The translations under genes and the position numbers were made by a program. Shown here in pieces: positions 44,250 to 53,714 of a DNA stretch of 64,000 nt (position 1 is its first letter; each line of letters starts with the position of its first letter). This DNA is from Histomonas meleagridis 2922-C6/04-290x (Eukaryota > Protista > Parabasalia): assembly GCA_020184695.1 (NCBI GenBank), contig JAANOX010000101.1:124001-188000 (forward strand), read 5' to 3'. Below the pieces are notes generated by a model, which worked only from the letters and a program-made list of their open reading frames with translations, was not told the DNA's origin and did no database searches.

Positions 44250-45101
44250 TTATTTTGTTAAAGCTAAAACAAACAACAGAACAACCATCACCGCAAGCAC
44301 AACAGCACAAATCCACATTCGCGACTTTTTCTGATATTTCGCAGCTTTTTCAATACTTTTGTGTGCTTCGATTGCGTTCGACAGTGATTCATTGATGTTG
44401 TAGTCAATACGGTCAATGACAGTTCCTTGCTCAGCGATGATCGTTGACAACTCCATAAATATAGATCGAACTTCTTCAGCTCTTTGAGCGATCTGTTCTA
44501 TTTGTTCATTACTACGCTGATCTTGCAGTTGCGCTTGGCGTCGTTCGCTTCCAGGCTCTCCAAAATCAAATGGCTCAAAATCATTTGTGACTTGCTTCCG
44601 TTTCTTGGGCTTTGTTTTCTTTGTGAAACTCATCGAAAATGTTTGTTGAGCCATCTTGAATTTGAAGGAGAATTGTTTGTATTGCTCTAATAGGTTGCTC
44701 CGAATATTTTCTAATATTCGTTTTCGATCAGGATGATCATCTGATAGTGTGAGATACGAAATCCTTTGATAAATATCTTGCAGCTTTGAATTTATATTTG
44801 ATGTAAGTGTGTTGATTTCACTAATTAAATCGGAGGAATCAACAAAAGTAGGTCGTAAACATTCTTTTTGCTTTTTGAGAATTGTATCATATGCTGTATC
44901 TAGGCGAGAAATGTCCATTTTTATTTCGTTTGCAAGGTCAAAATATGGTTGAAGAAGGGATTCAGAAGATCCATTCCCAGATAAAAGAAGTTCTGTATCC
45001 GAATAAGAAGGTGAACTCACAGGGCGCGGTGATGAAGAGCCTCTATAATTGACAACTTCGAGGGTTCTGTCTCTATTTGCTCCATTTGTTGCCAAGTACA
45101 T
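44250..45101 (-). CDS. STX16: Syntaxin 16/Tlg2-like Qa-SNARE
   Basis: N-peptide RDRT, LRPTFVD motif, SNARE motif EQGTVIDRIDYNI and a C-terminal TM segment. Confidence 0.82.
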   Translation of the reverse strand: MYLATNGANRDRTLEVVNYRGSSSPRPVSSPSYSDTELLLSGNGSSESLLQPYFDLANEIKMDISRLDTAYDTILKKQKECLRPTFVDSSDLISEINTLTSNINSKLQDIYQRISYLTLSDDHPDRKRILENIRSNLLEQYKQFSFKFKMAQQTFSMSFTKKTKPKKRKQVTNDFEPFDFGEPGSERRQAQLQDQRSNEQIEQIAQRAEEVRSIFMELSTIIAEQGTVIDRIDYNINESLSNAIEAHKSIEKAAKYQKKSRMWICAVVLAVMVVLLFVLALTK

Positions 45102-45360
45102 CTTACAAGATTAACGTCTCCAAAAACTTTGGGCAAATTCAGGGCACCCCATTTACAAATTTCGAAATAATATATCTAATTAAGAAGAAAATCCCTTATT
45201 TTTAAAATTAGTCATCAAATAATCGTATTTCTGAAATGCGCTGAACATTTGTAGTGATTCTGTTTTTTGTTTCTCTCAAAAAAGACTGGAATTTAAAATA
45301 AATTATTTTTTTAAAATAAGTTAATTATAATTAATTCCATAAACACAAAAAAAACAAAGC

Positions 45361-45424
45361 AAAACAAAACAAAACAAACAAACAAACAAACAAACAAACA
45401 AACAAACAAACAAACAAACAAACA
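45361..45424. repeat. (AAAAC)n/(AAAC)n microsatellite
   Basis: Read directly. Lies just 3' of the 45437..47803 gene. Confidence 0.9.
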
Positions 45425-45436
45425 AAAATGCATTTT

Positions 45437-47803
45437 TTAAGATGATACATCCAATGGGTAATCAAACAGGTCGAACGCCGACAGAATATTCTCCGATAGT
45501 TCGTGGGGCATTTTCAAGTGGTATTGCAAGTGGAATCTTTTCGCCATTCTCGCCACCTTTATGAACGAGCAGTAGCATACTTCCTTTGCCTTTCCTTCCA
45601 TCAATGATGTCACGAAGATTTTACCGATATCTTTTTCGTTTGGGCATTTTTTCTTTAAAATTTTTGCTATTTCATTTATATACTTTGAGATCTTTTCGAA
45701 CGCCAAAAGTATTGTTCCAGTGTAATACAAATTTGGCTCCGACTTAAACTTCATTTCGTTAAATATACTCGCGTAGTTTGATAGTAATGACTTCGGTTGT
45801 ACTGTCGCTTTGTCTAAGAACTTAAATTGTTGCAACAATTTCCTTTGCGCATCAGTAGGATGAAACATTTTAACTTCGAAGAAATTTTTCAGAGCAATTT
45901 CAATCAATTGTTCATTCATGAAATTGATCACTTGTCCAAATTCAAACTTATCGAAGTTATCAAAGAAAAATGTAAATTCATCAATTAAATTGTTGTTAGC
46001 TACAAATGTTTCGGAACCCATAATTTCATTGGCTGACTTAATAACAACATTTAAATATCGCATTACACGATCATTCGTATCTGGTGAAAAATTCTCTGAT
46101 TCTAATTTCTTAAAAAATAATTTTTCACCATTTCTTTCCTCAAATAAGTTGTTGTCAGAAATCATCATCTTAATTCTGGCAGAACCATAATTCTTAAGTT
46201 GTTCAACAAACAACAAATTTAATACCATCGAAAATATAAGGGGAACGTTATTTTTGTACTCCTTTGGCACTTTTATTAGGGTGCCCTCAACCGAAACAGG
46301 TCGCACTTTTGCGTAAAATATTAAAACTTTTGAAAAGACATCCGTTACACATTGAATCGATTCTTTGATGGGTCGCGCTGAAACAATTCGAGTTGATAAT
46401 GATTCAATTGATTTCGAGGCCGACTCTAAATCATTTTTATATGCTTCATGTGCAAATAACTGAAATTGTTCATCATAATTTTGTAATTGTGCTAATGGAT
46501 GAATACCTTTTGTGATTGATTGGTTTTTGATTATTTCCCATCGCTTAAGATATAATTGTTGTGTTTCATTGTCAACGTTTTCTAGTGTTTGATATGTAAC
46601 GTTGTTTTCTGCAAGTTGAGTTAATGATTTTGAACTTGTTGGTTTTGTTGTAGCTTTAAACGCAAAGTTTATATTAAAGAATGTAAAGGCATTATCGAAG
46701 TCTGTGAATTCAGGTTGACATATTGCCTTGCGCATTGGAAAATTGGTGATTCCAGAATCTTTGGCTGAATGGAGTATTTCATCATATAACCATACATCCA
46801 AATATGAAAAACATATCTTGTCCGTCGAAAAAATATCGCAAAGATAAAATGATTCAGAAAATGAAGAATTTTCAATGCAACCAAATACGCTATCAAAAAG
46901 TTCGCGGTGTGTTTGATATGAGAGACCGTTTAAGAACTTTTGGAATGCAAACTTGATCGAAATACCATCAAAAGTATATTTTTGATCTTCACCACGTGCA
47001 ACGCTATACTGGAAAATGTATTTGTTAAACGAAAATTCTGGAGTGTAGAACCAGAGACTAATTATTGGTTTGAAAATATGTTCCATTATCATTATTGAGG
47101 TTTCTTCTTTGGACATATTAACCATTAACCTAAAGGCTTTTATTTGATGCTTGGAAAGAAAACGAAGAGAATCACGAAAAGATTGAAATAATATATTTGC
47201 AAGTTCTTTGATTTGTGCAGGATTTGGTTCTGAACCTTCGAGAACTGGAAGCTGTGAAAGCTTGAAAAAGAATGAATTATTGAAGTTTTCTTGGAATACA
47301 TATGATTGAAGAATAAATGATCCCACAAGTTCAGATGGAGTAAGCAATGAACCTGAGCCTTTAAATACATTCATATAACACTCAATAAATTTGTATGCTG
47401 CTTTAGTGTAGTCTGATGAAGAAAATTGATTAAATAATGATGGGAATGTGCATGAAACAAAATATTGCTTGACTTCTTCATCTTTGTCCTTAAAATATTC
47501 AGCTAGGGCACGAGCCACTATGGTTTTCTTTTCATTGAGGTAAAGATAAGATAAAGATAAAGAAATATTATTTGGAGAAGAAATTGGTTGCGCCATAATT
47601 GGCATTGGTTTTTTAAAAGATTTTTTTGTTGGTATAAAACGACATATATAAAAAAGAAGATTGACTTCTTTTCTTAAGATTATATCTTTTTCATGAAAAT
47701 TAGAAATATATTGTGAAAGTTCTCGGTCCATTCCTTCTGAAGCTCCAAGGGCTATATCATTTTTTTCTATTTCATTTAGAATTGTTTCTAGATTGGTTGA
47801 CAT
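45437..47803 (-). CDS. Hypothetical protein (788 aa)
   Basis: Long uninterrupted ORF with ATG. No domain recognised. Confidence 0.75.
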   Translation of the reverse strand: MSTNLETILNEIEKNDIALGASEGMDRELSQYISNFHEKDIILRKEVNLLFYICRFIPTKKSFKKPMPIMAQPISSPNNISLSLSYLYLNEKKTIVARALAEYFKDKDEEVKQYFVSCTFPSLFNQFSSSDYTKAAYKFIECYMNVFKGSGSLLTPSELVGSFILQSYVFQENFNNSFFFKLSQLPVLEGSEPNPAQIKELANILFQSFRDSLRFLSKHQIKAFRLMVNMSKEETSIMIMEHIFKPIISLWFYTPEFSFNKYIFQYSVARGEDQKYTFDGISIKFAFQKFLNGLSYQTHRELFDSVFGCIENSSFSESFYLCDIFSTDKICFSYLDVWLYDEILHSAKDSGITNFPMRKAICQPEFTDFDNAFTFFNINFAFKATTKPTSSKSLTQLAENNVTYQTLENVDNETQQLYLKRWEIIKNQSITKGIHPLAQLQNYDEQFQLFAHEAYKNDLESASKSIESLSTRIVSARPIKESIQCVTDVFSKVLIFYAKVRPVSVEGTLIKVPKEYKNNVPLIFSMVLNLLFVEQLKNYGSARIKMMISDNNLFEERNGEKLFFKKLESENFSPDTNDRVMRYLNVVIKSANEIMGSETFVANNNLIDEFTFFFDNFDKFEFGQVINFMNEQLIEIALKNFFEVKMFHPTDAQRKLLQQFKFLDKATVQPKSLLSNYASIFNEMKFKSEPNLYYTGTILLAFEKISKYINEIAKILKKKCPNEKDIGKIFVTSLMEGKAKEVCYCSFIKVARMAKRFHLQYHLKMPHELSENILSAFDLFDYPLDVSS

Positions 47804-48311
47804 TGAGGAAATTTAATTTTTGGAAAATCGATTTTGGCATTTTAGGGCACCCTGACATTAACGGTCGTTCTTCATTTTTTTATGGACGAAAAAAGCTATT
47901 TTTTCTTCAAGATTATTTGCAAATCATTATAAATGGATTTTTCAAATATCAAATTGATTTTTTTATATTTAAACATGATTGTTATTCCAATTTGAAATTG
48001 ATTAGTTTTAAAAATTTAATAAATCACTTGAATATATTTAGGTCAGCTCAGTAAAATTAAAGCATTTCGAAAAAATCAGTTTTTAGTAAAAATATTGGTA
48101 TATGCTCATTTTTTAACATAAAATCAATAAGAAATTCCAATTTTTGATTTTTAACGGTCATTAAAATGTTTGTTCCGATACAACGGTTTTTTGTGGATTT
48201 GAATTACTGGCCACAAACCGTATTTCCCACAGAAAACTTCAAGATTTTGCTTTCAATTGCAAAAAATTTTAAAAAGAAAGTTGGAAAGTGTATGTGAGGT
48301 GTTCATTGTGT

Positions 48312-48710
48312 ATGTTTGATGATGAAGTTTCAACTCAGTTGAACATACCCAATTTGAATTCTATCCATAAGCCTGTACGCGGACAAGGTGTCGAAGCGCA
48401 AAAAGTCATCAATCAATTGGGTACGTTCGATCCAGAGAATTGTGTGGCAAAAGATGCGTTGTATTATTTCTTCAGTTCTGGTGTTACCCATAACGAACTC
48501 AAAAGCATTGCAACTCTTATATGTCTTCAAATTCCGAATTTGAAGATGACAAGACTTGAGCAAAGAGATAGTCGTGTGCTAATGCAGTGGTTCTCTAATA
48601 ACTGGGAGCAAATATTTCCCTTACTTCCACGGATTCATCTCCGTGATGAAAATAAGGAAATTATCAATTTGGAAAGAGAAATGAGATTTTACTCGATAAA
48701 TAAAAAATAA
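48312..48710 (+). CDS. Small conserved hypothetical protein, resembling expanded parabasalid families
   Basis: ATG at 48312. Motif RDSRVLMQWFSNNWEQIFPLLPRIHLRDEN. Confidence 0.6.
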   Translation: MFDDEVSTQLNIPNLNSIHKPVRGQGVEAQKVINQLGTFDPENCVAKDALYYFFSSGVTHNELKSIATLICLQIPNLKMTRLEQRDSRVLMQWFSNNWEQIFPLLPRIHLRDENKEIINLEREMRFYSINKK

Positions 48711-48871
48711 AGAACTACGGCGTTAGCCCATCATTTCTTTTCTCAAACAATTTAGTTTTACAAATTATTGTGTTTAAAATATAAATTCTGAAAATAACAA
48801 TTTTATGAAAAATTTAAACCAAGCATACGTATTAGGCGCCACACATTTGTTAAAAATACCCATTCTTCGCC

Positions 48872-49159
48872 TTAATACTCAACATTTGGAATATCATCTT
48901 GAGAAAGTGGATTTTCATTAGGCATAAAAAAAATTGGTGGAAGTAATCTTTGATCTATAACACGCTTGTTTGATGACATGTCAAAATCTGTACTCTCTTC
49001 TTGATTTTTCTTGCAGAATTTACTTTTTTTTCCACAACAGCAAATAATTAACATAATCCCAATAATAACAAGAAAGATAGAGCCTGCAGTGATTGCGAAA
49101 ACAACAGTATCAGAGAGTGATGCAACCAATACAGGGAAAAAAAGTATTTCCACCATCAT
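48872..49159 (-). CDS. Small single-pass membrane protein
   Basis: Hydrophobic N-terminus and TM segment, followed by CCC and a basic cluster (possible palmitoylation). Confidence 0.55.
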   Translation of the reverse strand: MMVEILFFPVLVASLSDTVVFAITAGSIFLVIIGIMLIICCCGKKSKFCKKNQEESTDFDMSSNKRVIDQRLLPPIFFMPNENPLSQDDIPNVEY

Positions 49160-49238
49160 ATATAAAGCATTTAATTATTTTGACTCCAGCGACCGTTTAT
49201 TCATAAATCAGAACATAAAAACAAAAAAATGAAAAAAA

Positions 49239-49311
49239 TGGTCCCGCAGGGACTTGAACCCTAGACCTTTGCGTTATCAGCACAACGCTCTACCGACTGA
49301 GCTACGAGACC
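49239..49311 (-). tRNA. tRNA-Ile(GAU)
   Basis: GGTCTCG...AGCTCAGTCGGTAGAGC, anticodon arm TTGTG-CTGATAA-CGCAA, GGTTCAAGTCCC, and a T7 terminator. Confidence 0.92.
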
Positions 49312-49382
49312 TTCGGATATCAAAAAATTATTAAGTATTTAATCCATGTTTCTTAGAGAAAATATTTTTTTTCATTCATCAA

Positions 49383-49634
49383 ATGGTTCAAGACATTGAT
49401 GATGAAATTATTGAACAAATCCAAGAAGCTGAAACACCGTATGAGGTTTTAGGTTTAGCACAGAATTGTAATAAAAGAGAAATTCGAATTGCATATCTTA
49501 ATATTTCAAAGAAAGTACATCCTGATCATTGTAAACAACCAGATGATACAGACTGTATGCAGCTTGTAATTTACTCAAAGATAATGACGAAGAACGTTAA
49601 TTGGAATTGTTTGCTTTACATGACAGAGAAGTAA
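49383..49634 (+). pseudogene. Truncated DnaJ (J-domain) gene
   Basis: TPYEVLGL...IRIAYLNISKKVHPD, after which the frame loses J-domain helix III similarity. Confidence 0.55.
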
Positions 49635-50532
49635 ATGTGAAGTTAGTTAACGTCTTTATTTATTCAGATCCAAAATGTAATTTTTCTAAATTACATCATG
49701 CATCGAATAAAGATATGATTTCACATATTTAATATAACATTAGATTCAAATTTAGTGAAATAAACTTTTTATTTCTTTAAGCCCAAAAGAATTTTGTTAG
49801 AAATAACATTTTTATACAACATTCCATTCCAAGATTTCCCTCTGTTGGATTTCATTACTCCAGGTTATATCTAGCTCTACCAACTTCTTTAACATTGTAC
49901 ATATTTTTAATGGATTTTTGATGGCCTGTTTGAAGAAAACCCGCCTGAATTTGATGAATTCAGTTTTTATGTAACATATTATATGAAATATACTACAAAT
50001 AATTTATTACATTTTAAAATTTTATTTCGTTTTTTCAATGAAACCAATACAAATTAACATTGTCAATCTAAGTTAAGATAAGTATTTTAATGAATTCGAA
50101 TCAAAAATAAATACATCATAAACCACTTCACCTTAATTCAATGTCATATATAATTTTAATAATGTGATAATGAATTACATATCTGCCAATCAAGAGAAAA
50201 ATAAACATTACACGTTATTTTGATGAATATATATTTACTCAACATAAAAATGTAATATACTCAATTTTTTTATATTTCCTCGGAAGTCATAATTATGGAA
50301 ATCACGGAAACAAACAAAAATGTTGATCGTTGGATACAAAGTTTGGAAGTACTAAAATTAACATAATTTTACTAAATTCTCTTAACAAATTAAAATCAAA
50401 AAATTTCGACCAAACTTTAGAAATAAAAAAGTTAATAAACAATAGATTTTAGTTCTATTAAAAACAATTTTTTAGTAATCAACAAATTAAATCCTTTTTT
50501 TCATATATTTCAGAATTTTATCTATGTTTCTA

Positions 50533-51193
50533 TTACATTTCATTTGAATCAAATTTTATTTCATTATCTTCGTTGAAATCTTTTGCAAATGGATCTTCTT
50601 CTATATTCGAAATAGTTACGCCTGTTCCGAATGTATTTTCTGTTTCTTTTTCTTTGACAGTTGATGAAGATTGGATATATATTCGTTTATTTCTAATACG
50701 GATCAAAACCACCACAAGTGTAACAACAACAATAACAGCGACGACCGAAACAACAACAGCTATAATTATTGTTTTGGTATTATCTGTATCATCATTTGAT
50801 TCATGTGCATAATAAATAAAAGTAAAGAAACTATAATAAAAGCTATGGTAATACGAATATAAAACAATTGTATAATCATAATAAATTATTTCTGTTTGAA
50901 CATAAGTATTTAATGATCCAAATTTTGAAATAAAAAATGAATTACTATAAGTTTGAAAATATGATGTTATTAATATCGTCATAATGAAAATGTTTTGAAA
51001 AACCTTGTGTGAGTGGAGTAAGAGTGTATTGTATATTTTTATGATTTAAAGGAAATTGATTTAATTTTGAATATAAATCACAGCGTTGATTAGTCACATT
51101 ATCTGAAATTGGGGTGACAGATGCAAAAATACTTGAGATGTGCATCACAAAAAGGATGGAAAATATGATTAAATTATAGGAGATCTCTCTCAT
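50533..51193 (-). pseudogene. Frameshifted type I surface protein
   Basis: Signal-peptide-like ORF from 51193 and a TM+EEDPF-tail ORF (50533..50982) differ by one base, with the shift near 50983-51000. Confidence 0.55.
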
Positions 51194-51621
51194 TTTTATT
51201 TCTTTGGGTAGGATCATTAAAAACGCCAACATTTCATTCAAAATTTGACTGGAATTATTGATAAATGTGTTTTTACAGTTAATTAACCTTGTCAATTTTT
51301 ATGAGGGGAAATTTGTGTAATAAATATCAATATTTTCCTAAAACAATAATCAATGTTTAAAAAAACAAAAACACTTTAAATAATACTTTTAAAAATTTTA
51401 GAAACTCCATTCATATTAAAACAATATTGACATCTGATGCATTCTAAAAAATAGTATAAATTCAAATAATTTTACTGAAAAATTTTAGCAAGTCTAACCA
51501 TTGATTTCAGATTCTCAATAGAAAAAAATCACAGGCTTAAAGTTCGATATGTGGTCGTAATTTCAAAAGCATCATAATTGACAAATTATCGCAAAATTTT
51601 ATTTCATGAAAGTATATTTAT

Positions 51622-52905
51622 TTACCATGAGAGTAATTTTCTTCTTATTGCCGGAATGTTCAACGCAGCGAAGAATCCCGCCAACAGTAAAAGTTCTATA
51701 ATAGATCCGAGCACAACAATACGTATCGCACTTGACTTATTAACTCTGTCAGCCATTTTAGACATCACATCTCCTTCGTCTATGCCATCTAATGCAAGCT
51801 GTACTAACAGTTCTTGAAATTCCATTATTTGTTCATTAGTTTTAAAGACTTTTGATCGTAATGTATAATTAAAAAAGTCAAGTACTTCTTCAGTAGATTC
51901 AATTGCTGAGCCTGCAACATTACGCGCATCTTGGGCTCGCTCAACGATTTTCAGAGTTCGACGTTGCCATCGTCGAACGGTTGTCATCAAGTTGTCCTGA
52001 ACAAACCCAGTCAATTCCGAGAACGATGGGATGTCAAATGTCACCTCGTTGATCTCGTCAATTACGTTTAAGACTTTATCTACTGATGCATCGGTCGTTT
52101 CTGTAACATCAGATAAGCCTTTGGGATTAATGCTATGAAGTTTTTGAAGCTCAGAAACAGTATTATTAAAAATTGGATTTCGATAACTTGTAATTCTGTC
52201 ATGATCAATGCTCCTTTGATTCTTATGATCACCAAGAGTGTGGTTATGCATTGATAATTTTTGAGCTTCGATTGAAATTTGATGGAGATAAATTTCTGTA
52301 AAATACGTATCACTAGATGCAGTTAATCCAATGAAATGGTCAAAAGGAGTGATTTGTAGTGGTTGAGAAATGTATTGGACGCTGTCAATATAAGCTGAAA
52401 TGTTTCCATTTTTAATCTCAAGTTTGATTAAAAGAGGATTATTTTTTTGGATAGCAATTGACACCATTGGATCTGGGAGATTGTCTACCGTATATGATTT
52501 TTCTCCTGTTGATTGAATTAATCTTAAATTTAGAAAATCTGTTTTCTGATTTGTTGTAAGCGATCCAATAAATGAAATACCAACAAACTTTGAAGGCCCA
52601 CCAAAAATAGGACCATAGTCACCAAATTTGTTGTTAATTAAAAAGTTGAATCCACCACCATCATTTCCATAACCAAAATCAATTTGAAAAGAAACAGACC
52701 AAGGGCCACGTGGAGACATAAATTTTGCCCATAAAAATCCTTGTCGATATTGAATTGGTGGAATTAACATAATTTTGTCTGGATAAATTACTGTTGAACC
52801 ACCAACTTCCCAATAACCAACATCCCCTTGTTCTGTAGGTTCGAATGGCGGTGACAAATTTTCTGAGTTACCTGATGAAGAAAGGAAAAAAAAGATGGTA
52901 AACAT
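51622..52905 (-). CDS. L-type (legume-like) lectin, ERGIC-53/VIP36/Emp46-like cargo receptor
   Basis: Signal peptide, WEVGGSTVI...GFLW...GLTAS lectin fold, helical stalk and C-terminal TM segment. Confidence 0.75.
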   Translation of the reverse strand: MFTIFFFLSSSGNSENLSPPFEPTEQGDVGYWEVGGSTVIYPDKIMLIPPIQYRQGFLWAKFMSPRGPWSVSFQIDFGYGNDGGGFNFLINNKFGDYGPIFGGPSKFVGISFIGSLTTNQKTDFLNLRLIQSTGEKSYTVDNLPDPMVSIAIQKNNPLLIKLEIKNGNISAYIDSVQYISQPLQITPFDHFIGLTASSDTYFTEIYLHQISIEAQKLSMHNHTLGDHKNQRSIDHDRITSYRNPIFNNTVSELQKLHSINPKGLSDVTETTDASVDKVLNVIDEINEVTFDIPSFSELTGFVQDNLMTTVRRWQRRTLKIVERAQDARNVAGSAIESTEEVLDFFNYTLRSKVFKTNEQIMEFQELLVQLALDGIDEGDVMSKMADRVNKSSAIRIVVLGSIIELLLLAGFFAALNIPAIRRKLLSW

Positions 52906-53033
52906 TTGTTTGTTTTTTTGGAAGTGTCATGTGAAATTATTTATAACGGATTTGAATGGTTTACTTTGCTTGTGGATAAGTCACTTTTACACGAAATGAT
53001 AAAAAACGGTTTTTTATACACTTTTGGACCAAA

Positions 53034-53543
53034 ATGTTTCATATTCTGGTTTTTTTGGTTAGCTCAACAGCTCCAAATTATATAACAATTTCAGTGACTG
53101 ATTTTATTCAGATGCAATATCAAATGAATACGCAAAGCCAACAGTATGCTGTTGAAACTTCATCATATAATATTAATAAGACAGTTTATGTAATGAGAGA
53201 TTCTGGTGAAAGAGAAGATGGGTCAAATTACACATTTTACAAGGTTACTGGAACAACACAGGAATTAGCAGAATTAAGAGCTTCATTGAATTCGATTGTC
53301 GATCCAGTTTCAAACATTTCTCAATACGCCGACCAAGGATACACTGTTAAATTCTTTTTCCTTGAGAAGGCAGCATCATTTAGTCAAATGAGTACATTTT
53401 GGGTAAATATAGTTGTCTGGATTATTTTCATAGCTGCAGCCTTATCAGGATATTTAATCTGGCATTTTGACAATTACAGCAAGGATCCAAAGAATTCATT
53501 ATTGTTCGTTACAGAAGGAAATAGGATTGTCACAGGTGAATAA
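53034..53543 (+). CDS. Type I membrane protein, possibly ATP6AP2/renin-receptor-like V-ATPase accessory subunit
   Basis: Signal peptide. TM segment plus tail FWVNIVVW...DPKNSLLF resembles the ATP6AP2 C-terminal FNIxLW...DPxxDSIIY pattern (recalled). Confidence 0.4.
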   Translation: MFHILVFLVSSTAPNYITISVTDFIQMQYQMNTQSQQYAVETSSYNINKTVYVMRDSGEREDGSNYTFYKVTGTTQELAELRASLNSIVDPVSNISQYADQGYTVKFFFLEKAASFSQMSTFWVNIVVWIIFIAAALSGYLIWHFDNYSKDPKNSLLFVTEGNRIVTGE

Positions 53544-53714
53544 ATAACTTTTAAATATATCTTTACATTGTTTTATTTTCTTAAATGGATTTATAAACAT
53601 ATTTTGCATTTTGTTTCTTTTTCCAATCTCATAAATAAAACCAACGATATGACTTTTTCTGATGGAACGATTACAACCGTCTTCATTAACTTTTATTCTA
53701 CTTTGTTTATTTAA

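Noticed and set aside
49866-49882. AGTTGGTAGAGC, like a tRNA D-arm, on the - strand
   Set aside because: No acceptor, anticodon or T arms surround it.
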